The notes beneath the pieces are model-generated. The model did no database searches. It was not told the DNA's origin and was given only the letters and a program-made list of their open reading frames with translations. A DNA stretch of 53,561 nt from Candidatus Asbonarchaeum danakilense (GTDB lineage: Archaea; Nanohalarchaeota; Nanosalinia; Nanosalinales; Nanoanaerosalinaceae), in NCBI GenBank assembly GCA_034190465.1, contig JAXINV010000003.1:46047-99607 (forward strand), read 5' to 3'. This document shows, one piece after another, positions 42,585 through 52,083 of the stretch (positions within the stretch are counted from its first letter, which is position 1; each line of letters opens with the position of its first letter). A program made the translations under genes and the position numbers.

Positions 42585-43982
42585 CTCGAAGAACTCCCTG
42601 CACGCCCGGTACGTGTGGTACACATCCGCCTTCGACGACACCTCGTACGGCGAATGCATGCTCAGCAGCGAGAACCCGAGATCCACTACATCCGCGCCGC
42701 GGCGTGACAGGTACTTCGCCACCGTTCCCCCGCCGCCCTGATCCACCTTGCCCATCTCCACAGGGTACCACGGGATGTCTTCCGCGTTCAGCAGCTTCCG
42801 CACCTTCCCGACGAACTCCGCGTGGGCGTCGTTCGCAGCGTACTTCCCACCGCGACCCGTGAACTTGACAAGGGAAACGCCCTGGCCCAGGTTGATCGCA
42901 TTCTTCTGGTCGTGCACATCCTGATACGTCGGATTCACCGCCGCAGCCACATCCGTCGACAGCGCCTCAGTCCTGTCGAACGCCTGGTAGACGCCCGAAT
43001 GCGGCCGGTCGACGCCCTCAAGCTCCAGCAGCTCCGCGATGAACCGTTCCAGGAACTCGCTCTGCGCCGAGGTGTTCCCTTCACTGCCGATCTCCTCCTT
43101 GTCAAAGAACCCGGCGATCGCCGTCACGGACGGATCAGCGTCGAAGAACGCCTCCATCGTCGTGAACGACAGCCCCTTATCGTCCTGGCCGTAGGCCGCG
43201 ATCATCGAACGGTCCAGGCCCAGGTCTCGGGGCTCCGTCGCCGGCACCGCCTCGAACTCCGCAGATGCCAGGTCCTCCTCCGTCAGACCGTGCTCCTCGT
43301 CCAGGTACTGCAGGATCTGGAGCTTCACCGCGTTCTCGACCTCATCGTCGTCGACCGGCATGTTCCCGACCACCAGGTTCAGTTCCTCGCCCTCGATCGC
43401 CTCCTTCAGCTCCTTCTGCAGCTGGTCCTTGCTCAGGTGCGGAAGCAGGTCAGGTACCAGGAACACCGGGTCATCGCCGCCCTCACCGATCACGATCTCG
43501 TGGCTATCACCGTCACCGTCGACCACGACCCCGTGCAGCGCCAGCGGCACGTTCGCCCACTGATACTTCTTGATACCGCCGTAATAATGCGTATCCAGCA
43601 TCGCCAGGTCAGCATCCTCGTACAGCGGCTGCTGCTTCAGATCCAGCCGCGGCGAATCCAGGTGGGCCACCGTCATCCGGATGCCGTCCAGCAGGCCGTC
43701 ACCGAGCTCCGCGAGCAGCACCTGCTTCCCGCGGTTGACAGCGTACACCTTCGTCCCCTGCTCGTATTCGTCGACCTCGTCCAGCGGCACGAAGCCCTCA
43801 TCCTCCGCCCGCTCGACGATCTCGCTGGCCGCCTCGCGCTCAGTCTTCGCCTCCGCGAGGAACGTCTTGTACTCCTCCGCCAGCGACTCCAGCGTCTCCT
43901 CGTCGATATCCTCGAGCCATCCTGATTCCGCGTTGAACGACAGTTCTTCCTCCAGCTCCTTCAGTTCAGATTCCTCTGCCAT
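42576..43982 (-). CDS. M18 family aminopeptidase (aspartyl aminopeptidase-like)
   Basis: AHLDSPRLDLKQ, GQDDKG, EEIGSEG and SMHSPYE are M18 signatures. Confidence 0.8.
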   Translation of the reverse strand: MAEESELKELEEELSFNAESGWLEDIDEETLESLAEEYKTFLAEAKTEREAASEIVERAEDEGFVPLDEVDEYEQGTKVYAVNRGKQVLLAELGDGLLDGIRMTVAHLDSPRLDLKQQPLYEDADLAMLDTHYYGGIKKYQWANVPLALHGVVVDGDGDSHEIVIGEGGDDPVFLVPDLLPHLSKDQLQKELKEAIEGEELNLVVGNMPVDDDEVENAVKLQILQYLDEEHGLTEEDLASAEFEAVPATEPRDLGLDRSMIAAYGQDDKGLSFTTMEAFFDADPSVTAIAGFFDKEEIGSEGNTSAQSEFLERFIAELLELEGVDRPHSGVYQAFDRTEALSTDVAAAVNPTYQDVHDQKNAINLGQGVSLVKFTGRGGKYAANDAHAEFVGKVRKLLNAEDIPWYPVEMGKVDQGGGGTVAKYLSRRGADVVDLGFSLLSMHSPYEVSSKADVYHTYRACREFFESE

Positions 43983-44028
43983 GGTAGAACCTCGTACCAG
44001 AATGGGCGCGCCCGGTTAAAAACAGTTG

Positions 44029-45696
44029 CTATTCCACATCGTCCACACTGATGTCGATCCCCTTCTCCTTCATCAGCCGCATCTGACGCTTCACAAAGCC
44101 CTCCTCGTTGCTTCCCTTCGTCGCCACGAAATGAACCTTCGCATCGCCCTTCGGACGCATCACACGGCCTGCACGCTGCGTCGCCTGTCTTCGCGACCCG
44201 CCCTGCCCGCTCATGATGATCGTCGCATCCGCATCCGGGATATCCAGACCTTCATCCCCGATCCTCGAGATAATCAGCCGCATCAGATCGCCGTGGCGGA
44301 ACCGTTCGATCGCCTCCTGCCGCTCATCGTGCGGCGTCTCACCCGTGATGAACTCGATCCCGAACTCCTCCGACAGGTTCTCCGCCTGGTCCAGCCAGTC
44401 AGCGAAGATGATCGTCTTGTCGCCCTCATGCCGGTCCAGCAGCTCCTGCAGCTTGCCGTGCTTCTCCGGGTTCTTCGACGCGATGATCTGCTTCTTGATG
44501 CCTTCCGCCTGCTCGTACTTCCTGCGCCAGCCTGGATCCCACGTCACGAAATGGATCGTCACGTCCGGCTTCAGCACGTGGCCCTCCCGGAAGAAGTAGC
44601 CCCAGTCACCGCCGATCTCCGGTCCGATCAACGCGAAGATGTCCTTCTCCTTCGAATCCTCCCGGACAGGCGACGCAGACAGCCCAAGACGTCGCTTTGA
44701 CTGCAGATCCGCCGTCTTCCGGAACACCTTCGACGGGATGTGGTGCACCTCGTCGAAGATAATCAGGCCCCAGTCCTGGCGGAACAGCGGGGTCTTCGAC
44801 GACGCGATATGGTACGTCGCCAGCGTCACATCGTTCATCTCCTTCGTATCGCCGTGGTACTCCCCGATCTGGTCATCCGTCAGCGTCGTCTTATCCAGCA
44901 TCTCCTCCCGCCACTGCGGGATCAGCGAGCGCTGCGGCACCAAGATAAGCGTCGGCGCATCCACCTTCGCTATCATCCCTATCGACGTCACAGTCTTGCC
45001 CGAACCCGACGGGTTGGCAAGGACGCACGCCTTCCGCTCCCACGCCTCATCCAGCATCTGCTCCTGGTAGTCGCGCAGCTCACAGGTTAGCTCCGCTCCG
45101 ATCGACTCGTCCACCTCATCGAACTCGTACTCGTCCTGCACCGGGTAGCCCTTCCGGATCAGCGCCTTCTTGATGGCCGCGCGGGACTTCGAACCGAAAT
45201 CGATCCGTGCCTTCGTATCCGACAGACCCATCACCAGGTTCTCCTCCACCTCGTCGATCTGCTTCGCGTACTCCATCCGCTCCGCGGAGTCCGCCTCCAG
45301 CACGAACGCGTTGCCCTCGCGCTTGATCGAATAGATATGCTGGCGCTCGTAGACCCGCTCCACCCACTCGAAGAAGTTCGGGTAGTCGCCGATCAGGTCG
45401 CGGAAGATCGCCTTGATCTCCTCCAAGTCGCGGCTCGAGTTCCAGACATCCATGTCCTCGACCTGGAACTTGTACATCGTATCCGACGAACTCTCCAGGT
45501 GCGCGACATCGGACAGCTGCCTGAGCGTCTCCGGGTCGGCGTCGATCAGCACGATCTCCCGACTGGCCTCGAAGAAGAACACCTCCCGCTGCTCACCTGA
45601 ATGCTCCTCAAAATCGTTCACGAACGTATCCGGGAGCTCGTATTCCTGCTTCAGGCGCTCCCACACATCACTGTCGATCGCAAGCCGCTCAGACAT
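44029..45696 (-). CDS. XPB/Rad25-type DNA repair helicase
   Basis: LRDYQEQ, NPSGSGKT, FDEVHHIP, the RED motif (SPVREDSKE) and QRAGRVMR. rc GTTAAAAG lies 25-32 nt upstream of ATG 45696. The track start is TTG. Confidence 0.85.
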   Translation of the reverse strand: MSERLAIDSDVWERLKQEYELPDTFVNDFEEHSGEQREVFFFEASREIVLIDADPETLRQLSDVAHLESSSDTMYKFQVEDMDVWNSSRDLEEIKAIFRDLIGDYPNFFEWVERVYERQHIYSIKREGNAFVLEADSAERMEYAKQIDEVEENLVMGLSDTKARIDFGSKSRAAIKKALIRKGYPVQDEYEFDEVDESIGAELTCELRDYQEQMLDEAWERKACVLANPSGSGKTVTSIGMIAKVDAPTLILVPQRSLIPQWREEMLDKTTLTDDQIGEYHGDTKEMNDVTLATYHIASSKTPLFRQDWGLIIFDEVHHIPSKVFRKTADLQSKRRLGLSASPVREDSKEKDIFALIGPEIGGDWGYFFREGHVLKPDVTIHFVTWDPGWRRKYEQAEGIKKQIIASKNPEKHGKLQELLDRHEGDKTIIFADWLDQAENLSEEFGIEFITGETPHDERQEAIERFRHGDLMRLIISRIGDEGLDIPDADATIIMSGQGGSRRQATQRAGRVMRPKGDAKVHFVATKGSNEEGFVKRQMRLMKEKGIDISVDDVE

Positions 45697-45756
45697 GGCT
45701 TCCAACCATTCGCAGCAACTCTTTTAACGGTGGCGACACCGCCGACACCGGCCAGG

Positions 45757-45770
45757 TTTACACTTGTAAA
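45757..45770. promoter_or_regulatory. inverted repeat TTTACA-CT-TGTAAA (copy 2)
   Basis: Lies in the divergent spacer between the XPB and FNR-like genes, 61 nt from each start. Confidence 0.35.
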
Positions 45771-45830
45771 TACGCCCACCCAGGGGTAGCAACCATTTTT
45801 TATGTCCAGTCCGACCGAGACTCCTACAGA

Positions 45831-46799
45831 GTGATCGGCATGGGACTGACCGCGACAATCATCGACAAGGAACGGGTGGACGACCAACGGGAGGACTTCT
45901 TCAACGACCTGAAAAAGGACCTCGAGAACCACAGCGACGGTCCCGCCTACCACTACACCCCGCGGTCAGACCAGGCAGGTATCGACCTCGACGACATCGA
46001 CATGGACCTCGACCGGCTGGAGGAGAAGGTCGACGGCCGGCTCGACCGCGAGGAACCGTCCCTGCTCCGGATGCGGGTCGAACCCTCCGACGACGTGGAG
46101 TTCGAAGAAGGACAGTTCATCGGCTTCCAGTACGAACGTGAACAGGACGACCGCCCGCTCGTCCGACAGTACTCCATCGCCAACTCATACGACGACTACC
46201 AAGAGACAGGCGAGATCGAGCTGTTTGTCAAGCTGGTCGAGGACGGCAGATTCACCCCTGAACTGTTCGACATGGACGAGGGCACCACCCTCGACATGAT
46301 GCCGCCCGCCGGCCACTTCACCATGGACGACAACGAGAACGACCGCGTCATGATCTCGACAGGGACCGGGGCAGCGCCGTTCGTCAGCATGGTCGACGCC
46401 ATGTACGACGTCCCCGACGCCGACGACATCCAGGACGACCACGAGCAGGACAGCTGGCTGGTCTACGGCACACGGTGGGAGGACGACCTCGGTTACAAGG
46501 ACGAATTCGACGCCATCGACGAAGCATACGACAGCTTCCACTTCGTCCCCACCCTCAGCGCCGAACCTGACTGGGACGGTGAACGCGACTACGTCCAGGA
46601 GGTCGTCAGACAGCGCGTCGAGGACGGCACCTTCGACGACGATACAGAATACTACATCTGCGGACTCGGCGAGATGGTCGGCTACACCGCACAGATGCTG
46701 ACCGGCAACCAGGTCGACGGCGCCGACGAGATCCCCGACGAACAGACTCTCGACGACCCGATCGACCCCGACAACGTCAACTTCGAACTCTACAGCTGA
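45831..46799 (+). CDS. ferredoxin-NADP reductase-like FAD/NAD(P)-binding oxidoreductase
   Basis: RQYSIANS (RxYS) and ISTGTGAAPF (GTGxAP). TTTTTTATG lies 27-35 nt upstream of GTG 45831 (alternative start ATG 45840). Confidence 0.7.
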   Translation: MIGMGLTATIIDKERVDDQREDFFNDLKKDLENHSDGPAYHYTPRSDQAGIDLDDIDMDLDRLEEKVDGRLDREEPSLLRMRVEPSDDVEFEEGQFIGFQYEREQDDRPLVRQYSIANSYDDYQETGEIELFVKLVEDGRFTPELFDMDEGTTLDMMPPAGHFTMDDNENDRVMISTGTGAAPFVSMVDAMYDVPDADDIQDDHEQDSWLVYGTRWEDDLGYKDEFDAIDEAYDSFHFVPTLSAEPDWDGERDYVQEVVRQRVEDGTFDDDTEYYICGLGEMVGYTAQMLTGNQVDGADEIPDEQTLDDPIDPDNVNFELYS

Positions 46800-46836
46800 A
46801 ACCCGGCCGGAAGAAACGGTCCTTCAAAGGGAGGCG

Positions 46837-47247
46837 CTACGACCCGTACTCGTCCAGGAACTCCTGCACCTTCTCCTCGATAGCGTCACGCGCCTTCCGG
46901 ACCTGCTTCAGCGATTCCCCCTCCGTCGACGGGACACGCCAGACAACGTTCTCCGCGTCGAAGCCCTCCACGTTGACACTGCTGGCCTCGAACCCGATCG
47001 TGATCAGCACATCAGCGTCCGCCAGATCCTCTTCCTCCATCTCCCGCGGCACGATCCCCGTGATGTCCAGGTCCGTCTCCTGCATCGCGCGCCTGACCTC
47101 CTCCTGGACCGTCCCCGCCGGATCAGTGCCGCCCACAACTACATCGATGGCCGTTTCCAGCTGGCGGCGGTGCAGCTCCCTGACAAAGAACGCGTACGCC
47201 ATCAGGCTCCGGCCACTGTTCCGCTTCGACAGGATCGCGACCTTCAT
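46837..47247 (-). CDS. LMW phosphatase / ArsC-fold protein without any cysteine
   Basis: VAILSKRNSGRSLMA aligns with (V/I)xFxCxGNxCRSxMA, with both Cys replaced (Ser, Gly). There is no Cys anywhere in the 136 aa. Confidence 0.6.
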   Translation of the reverse strand: MKVAILSKRNSGRSLMAYAFFVRELHRRQLETAIDVVVGGTDPAGTVQEEVRRAMQETDLDITGIVPREMEEEDLADADVLITIGFEASSVNVEGFDAENVVWRVPSTEGESLKQVRKARDAIEEKVQEFLDEYGS

Positions 47248-47285
47248 ACAGGGACGTTGGACGCGGCCGCCTTTCAATCCAGCGG

Positions 47286-48818
47286 TCAGTACACCGCGTT
47301 CACGATCGCCTCATCCAGGTCGTCGAACCGCTCCAGGTATGCGCGGCGTTCGGCCAGCAGCTGCTGCCGTTCCTCCTCGAAGTCGTCCAGCCGCTGTTCC
47401 GGCAGGAACTCGTCGACATCCAGGCCCGGCACCTCGTCCGGGACCTCCAGCGACACCTCGCCGCCGTCAGGGTCCTCGTACGTCTCCTCCTGCCAGGAGA
47501 CCTCGCCGCGCGTGACCGCCTCAAGGATCGACACCGTCTCCGTGACCCCGATGTCCCTCCCGGCGACCGTCCCCGTGTTCAGCAGATACGTCTCCACGTC
47601 GTCGTCCGCGATCAGCTCGTGGAATCGGTTGCCCTCCGCGCCGCGGGAGCCCATGATGAACGGGTTCACCCCGACGACGCGGACCGCCTCGCCCCTGCTG
47701 TCCGGATCCGCGGCGCCGGTCTCCACCGACTCTCCGAGCATGAACGTCGCCGCGGCCTGTTCGTCGTCCAGCCGCGTGATCGGCGCCATGTACGGGTTCC
47801 GCGTGATGAAGAAGTACTGGTCCACCGACCCCATGTTGATGTCCTCCGAGGCGCTGGCCAGATCGTCACGCAGCACCACGGCCCGGCCGTTCGACGTCCG
47901 GGAGCCATCAGGAAGCTCCTCCGCATCGAAGTCGACCTCGCCGTCCTCGACCGCGACGTTCTCCAGCACCGCATCGGTCGACGTCGCCGCATCGTACAGC
48001 TCCGGCTGTTCATCGTCCAGCCCGTTCGTCTTGATATAGAGGCCGCGTCCCTCGCTGCCGTTGAACGCCAGGCCGTCCTCCGTCGGCATCAGCGCGCCGA
48101 CATCGTCCCCGATCATCTCCGCGGACTCGGGCTCGTCCAGCCAGAAGCCGTGCCCGGTCAGTGTCGACTTGCCGGTGCCGCTGAGGCCCTGGTAGACCTG
48201 GCCCACCTCCCGGAGCTCGCCGCCGTCCTCGATCGTGACGCGCTTGGCCCCAGCGTGGACGCCCAGCCCGCCCTGCTGCTTTGCATCGTACATGAACTGG
48301 CGGAGGAACGACTTCTTCGCCTCGCCGGTGTAGTCGCTGCCAGAGACGACCGTCGTCCCGGTCTCCGGGTCCGCGACGATCTCCAGCTCATCCCTGTCCG
48401 GCAGCTGGACCGTGTAGAAATCAGGGTCGTCGGCCTCGACCGGCTCCATCAAGTTGGTCAGCGACAGCGCGATCCGTGCCTGGTCCTTCGGCACGAAGTA
48501 GCGTCCGACGGCCGCGTTCGCCGAGTCCTCACCGACCCTGACATCGACACAGACCATCTCTTCGTCATCCAGCGCCTGCCCGACATCGTCCCACAGTTCG
48601 TCCATCGCGCTGTCATCGATATCGTGGTCGACCGTGGTGCGGGTGTGGTCGGAGCTGCGTGACTTGTACTCGCTGATGTACGACGGGCTGCCGTACTCCG
48701 TCGGCCTGTCCAGATGCGAGGAGTACTTGAGCAGCTGGCCCTGGGTCGGGTTGTGGACGATGTTTGCAGCGTCAGCGGGTTCAGGGAGGTCGTCGGGCGT
48801 GAATGATTCGTCGGTCAC
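47286..48818 (-). CDS. pckA: phosphoenolpyruvate carboxykinase (ATP)
   Basis: GLSGTGKSTL kinase-1a, typical length, NTGTVAG near the C-terminus. GTG start. Confidence 0.85.
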   Translation of the reverse strand: MTDESFTPDDLPEPADAANIVHNPTQGQLLKYSSHLDRPTEYGSPSYISEYKSRSSDHTRTTVDHDIDDSAMDELWDDVGQALDDEEMVCVDVRVGEDSANAAVGRYFVPKDQARIALSLTNLMEPVEADDPDFYTVQLPDRDELEIVADPETGTTVVSGSDYTGEAKKSFLRQFMYDAKQQGGLGVHAGAKRVTIEDGGELREVGQVYQGLSGTGKSTLTGHGFWLDEPESAEMIGDDVGALMPTEDGLAFNGSEGRGLYIKTNGLDDEQPELYDAATSTDAVLENVAVEDGEVDFDAEELPDGSRTSNGRAVVLRDDLASASEDINMGSVDQYFFITRNPYMAPITRLDDEQAAATFMLGESVETGAADPDSRGEAVRVVGVNPFIMGSRGAEGNRFHELIADDDVETYLLNTGTVAGRDIGVTETVSILEAVTRGEVSWQEETYEDPDGGEVSLEVPDEVPGLDVDEFLPEQRLDDFEEERQQLLAERRAYLERFDDLDEAIVNAVY

Positions 48819-48868
48819 GGTCGATCCCTTGGACGAGAACTTCCTGTAATACGACGTAATACTTCGTA

Positions 48869-49279
48869 TTATTTAAACCTTCGGTCGTCGTGGAGCCGCT
48901 CCAGCGCCGCCTCCAGCTCCGAACGCGGGCCGGCAACGAGATGCGAGCGGCAGTCGCAGTCCGAACAGCCGAAGTCCGGTACCGGTTCGCCGGGCAGCGA
49001 CCGGGCGACCCGGCACTCGATGTCCTCACCCTCCGTGGCGTAGACGGCGGCCAGCTCCGTCGCACTGTTGTCGGCCAGGTAGTCAATATGCCAGTGCGGC
49101 TGCTTGACACCGTCCGCGAAGCTCTCACGGTGGCGGTCGATCCGCGCGAACCCACCGGGCCCGAACGCCGAGCCGCTGTACACGTACCAGCCGTCGAACG
49201 ACAGCCCTCCCAGCGCCCCGACCTCGATCTCCCGCGGACCGTCCACTGCAATCAGCAACGCATAGCTCCCCTCCGCCAT
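48869..49279 (-). CDS. DUF123 / GIY-YIG-superfamily (Uri-like) endonuclease
   Basis: GSYALLI...GWYVYSGSA...RIDRH...HWHIDYL. Confidence 0.7.
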   Translation of the reverse strand: MAEGSYALLIAVDGPREIEVGALGGLSFDGWYVYSGSAFGPGGFARIDRHRESFADGVKQPHWHIDYLADNSATELAAVYATEGEDIECRVARSLPGEPVPDFGCSDCDCRSHLVAGPRSELEAALERLHDDRRFK

Positions 49280-49332
49280 GTGAGAACAAGGCGGGCGGAA
49301 CCTACTTCAAACTTGGCGCGAGACCTCACCCC

Positions 49333-49749
49333 ATGGACATCTACTTTTGCGGCTCCATCCGGGGCGGGCGGGACGACACCTCCCTGTACCAGCAGATCAT
49401 CCAGCTGCTCCAGCAGCACGGCACCGTGCTCAGCGAACACATCGGGGACGAAAACGTCGAGGACGACGGCGAGCAGGGCATGACCGAGGACGAGATCCAC
49501 AGCCGGGACCTGGACTGGCTACAGCAGGCCGACGCCATCGTCGCGGAGGTCACCACCCCGAGCCTCGGTGTCGGCTACGAGATCGCCAAGGCAGAGGAAT
49601 GGGGCATCCCGATCCTCGCACTGTTCCGGCCCGGCAGCAGTCACGCACTGTCGGCCATGGTCCGTGGCAGCGACGGGACACGTGTCCACGAGTACAGCGA
49701 CATCGACGAACTCGCACAGCCGATAAGCGACTTCCTCGACCAGGCATGA
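49333..49749 (+). CDS. 2'-deoxynucleoside 5'-phosphate N-hydrolase (DNPH1/Rcl-like, NDT superfamily)
   Basis: IYFCGSIRGGRDD...LDWLQQADAIVAEVTTPSLGVGYEI is near-identical in pattern to animal DNPH1 motifs. Confidence 0.75.
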   Translation: MDIYFCGSIRGGRDDTSLYQQIIQLLQQHGTVLSEHIGDENVEDDGEQGMTEDEIHSRDLDWLQQADAIVAEVTTPSLGVGYEIAKAEEWGIPILALFRPGSSHALSAMVRGSDGTRVHEYSDIDELAQPISDFLDQA

Positions 49750-49762
49750 CCAGGGTGAAGCC

Positions 49763-50971
49763 GTGACACACGAACTCCAGCACTTCCTGAAACAGCGGCA
49801 CAACCTGGAGAGCGTCACCAGCGTCGACAGCATCCAGCCAGCCGTGGAGACGATGGACGCGATCGGGAACCCGCAGGACAACTTCCCCGCGTTCCACGTC
49901 GCCGGCACCAACGGCAAGGGCTCCACCTGCACCTTCATCGCCCGCGTCCTCGAACAGGCAGGCTACACGGTCGGGCTGTATACCGGGCCGACGGCACGGG
50001 GCTACCTGTATGAATTTCAGATCGACGGCGAGCCCATCCCGGAGCAGACGTTCCTCGATCTGGCCGACGAGATCGACGCCGTCGCCGACCCGTCGATGTA
50101 CGAGATGACGACGGCGATCGCGTTCCTCCACTTCTCCAGGCAGGACATCGACGTCGCGGTGATCGAGACCGGTATCGGCGGTAGGCTGGACGCCAGCAAC
50201 GTCCTTTCCGCCGAAAACTGCGTCATCACGCCGATCGCGAAGGACCACACCGAGCTGCTCGGTGACACCAGGGAATCGATCGCCGCTGAGAAGGCAGCGA
50301 TCATCGACGAGGGCGCGAACGTCGTCACCAACGTCGCCGACGACGTCATGCACGTCTTCCACGACCGGATCGACGAGGTCGGCGCCACGCACGTCCCGCT
50401 CCGGGAACCGGTCAACCTGGAACATGAAGGGCTGCGACAGACCGCAGCGTACCGCGGCGAACGGCTACAGACCCAACTCCTCGCCGGCTACCAGGAGGAG
50501 AACATCAACACCGCCTTGACAGCGTTGGACGCCGCGGACTTTACCTACACCCGGGACGATGTCCGGGAGACATTGCGCACGTTCACGTACCCCGGCAGGA
50601 TGGAACTGGCCGCGGAAAACCCCGACACCGTTCTGGACGGCGCCCACAATCCGGCCGGCATCGAGGCCCAGCTGGCGACCATCGAGAGCTTCGACCGGGA
50701 CATCATCGCCGTATTCAGCGTCATGGGCGACAAAAAATGGGAAGAGATGCTCGAAAAACTATCCCCCGCCGTCGACGAACTCATCCTGACCGAGGCATCC
50801 AAGGACAGAGCAGCCAGCCCGGAAGAACTTGCCGAATCATTCGAAGATGCATCTATCATCGAAGAACCTGCTGCGGCCGTCCATGCAGCACGGCAGCGAG
50901 CAGGCGAGAACAGCATCGTCCTTGTGACCGGGTCACTGTACCTCTGCAGGGATGTGCGGCCGGAACTCTGA
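49763..50971 (+). CDS. folC: folylpolyglutamate synthase / dihydrofolate synthase (Mur ligase family)
   Basis: FHVAGTNGKGST, ETGIGGRLD, DGAHNP. GTG start. Confidence 0.8.
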   Translation: MTHELQHFLKQRHNLESVTSVDSIQPAVETMDAIGNPQDNFPAFHVAGTNGKGSTCTFIARVLEQAGYTVGLYTGPTARGYLYEFQIDGEPIPEQTFLDLADEIDAVADPSMYEMTTAIAFLHFSRQDIDVAVIETGIGGRLDASNVLSAENCVITPIAKDHTELLGDTRESIAAEKAAIIDEGANVVTNVADDVMHVFHDRIDEVGATHVPLREPVNLEHEGLRQTAAYRGERLQTQLLAGYQEENINTALTALDAADFTYTRDDVRETLRTFTYPGRMELAAENPDTVLDGAHNPAGIEAQLATIESFDRDIIAVFSVMGDKKWEEMLEKLSPAVDELILTEASKDRAASPEELAESFEDASIIEEPAAAVHAARQRAGENSIVLVTGSLYLCRDVRPEL

Positions 50972-50993
50972 AGGTCTCCGAGCGGTCGGACCG

Positions 50994-51938
50994 TCAGTCG
51001 ACCCGGTCGACCTGCTCCCGGAGCACGTCCCGGTGCCCATCGAACACGCTGTCGTCGAAGTCGAAGGCGTTGTCCTGGCACCAGGTCAGTGCTGCGGCCT
51101 GGTCGATGAGTGCGCCGAGGCGGTAGACCTCGTACAGCCTGTCGTCGATCGGTTGGCGCTGTTCGTACGACGCACGGAACCGTTCCCTCGTCCGTTCGAC
51201 GCGTTCATCGTCGGCGAAGCGTCCGGCGAACGAGTGCTCTGCACGGGCGTAATCGTACAGCGGGTCGCCGGCGAAGGCGTTGCCCCAGTCCAGCACTGCA
51301 GCGATCTCGCCGTCATCCTCCACGAGGTTGTCGGGGTCATAGTCACGGTGGACGATACTGGTGTCAGGGTCAACAGGCACGTTGTCGATCGTGGCATCGA
51401 CCGTGGCGCGGAGCTCGTCCGTCAGGTCGTCCCGGTCCAGCGGTCCGTCCTCGACCGTGTCCAGCATGTCGTGGAGGAAACCACGGTAGAACGAACGCCA
51501 GGAGTCCGCTGCATCGACCTCAAGGCCGTTCTCCGTGCCGTACAGCCAGCCACAGTCGTCCATGCTGAGTTTGTCGTGCGCTGCAGCCAGGTAGCGGCCT
51601 GCTTCTTCGACCACGGCCAGCCGCGTACTGTCGGGCATCTCGTGGTATCGGTCGTTGAGGTTGTCCCCGTCAATCGCCTCCACGACCTGGTACGGCACCT
51701 CCTCGTCCGCGGCGTCGTAAACGACGTCGGGCGACGGGACCGCGGTGTCGCTGAGCCGGTCATAGACCTCCCGCTGCTGGTGCAGCCGCCATTCGTCGCC
51801 GGTATCGACGGTCTGCAGGATATAGCTGTCGCTCTCGGTATCGATCCGGTATGTCGTCTTGATGGCACCGCTCTCGATCGGAGCTACGTCGGCGTCTCCG
51901 TGCAGGATCCCTCCCCCTATATAGTCGTCCCAGTCCAT
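50994..51938 (-). CDS. aminoglycoside/choline-kinase-like phosphotransferase (APH family)
   Basis: VHRDYDPDNL...VLDWGNAFAGDP (HxDxxxxN...D). Confidence 0.75.
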   Translation of the reverse strand: MDWDDYIGGGILHGDADVAPIESGAIKTTYRIDTESDSYILQTVDTGDEWRLHQQREVYDRLSDTAVPSPDVVYDAADEEVPYQVVEAIDGDNLNDRYHEMPDSTRLAVVEEAGRYLAAAHDKLSMDDCGWLYGTENGLEVDAADSWRSFYRGFLHDMLDTVEDGPLDRDDLTDELRATVDATIDNVPVDPDTSIVHRDYDPDNLVEDDGEIAAVLDWGNAFAGDPLYDYARAEHSFAGRFADDERVERTRERFRASYEQRQPIDDRLYEVYRLGALIDQAAALTWCQDNAFDFDDSVFDGHRDVLREQVDRVD

Positions 51939-52003
51939 CACGGCACGATGACGGGCGGAGGTTTATCATCGTTATCGTTCGGTGACAACTTTTCCGGTGT
52001 TGG

Positions 52004-52019
52004 GTTCACAGCTGTGAAC
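52004..52019. promoter_or_regulatory. perfect 16-nt palindrome GTTCACAGCTGTGAAC
   Basis: Lies in the 145-nt divergent spacer between the APH-like kinase and the HExxH protein gene. Confidence 0.3.
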
Positions 52020-52083
52020 AGTCAGCAGAGGAAGCAGGAAGTTTTATTGCCTGTCGCCGCCCCTGTGCCGTACAGGTGGCCGG

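Noticed and set aside
48843-48877. AT-rich direct and inverted repeats (GTAATAC twice, AATAC-TTC-GTATT) between the DUF123 gene and pckA, considered as a regulatory RNA or terminator.
   Set aside because: The stems are short and AT-only, and the region overlaps plausible TATA boxes for pckA. The evidence is insufficient for anything beyond a promoter region.
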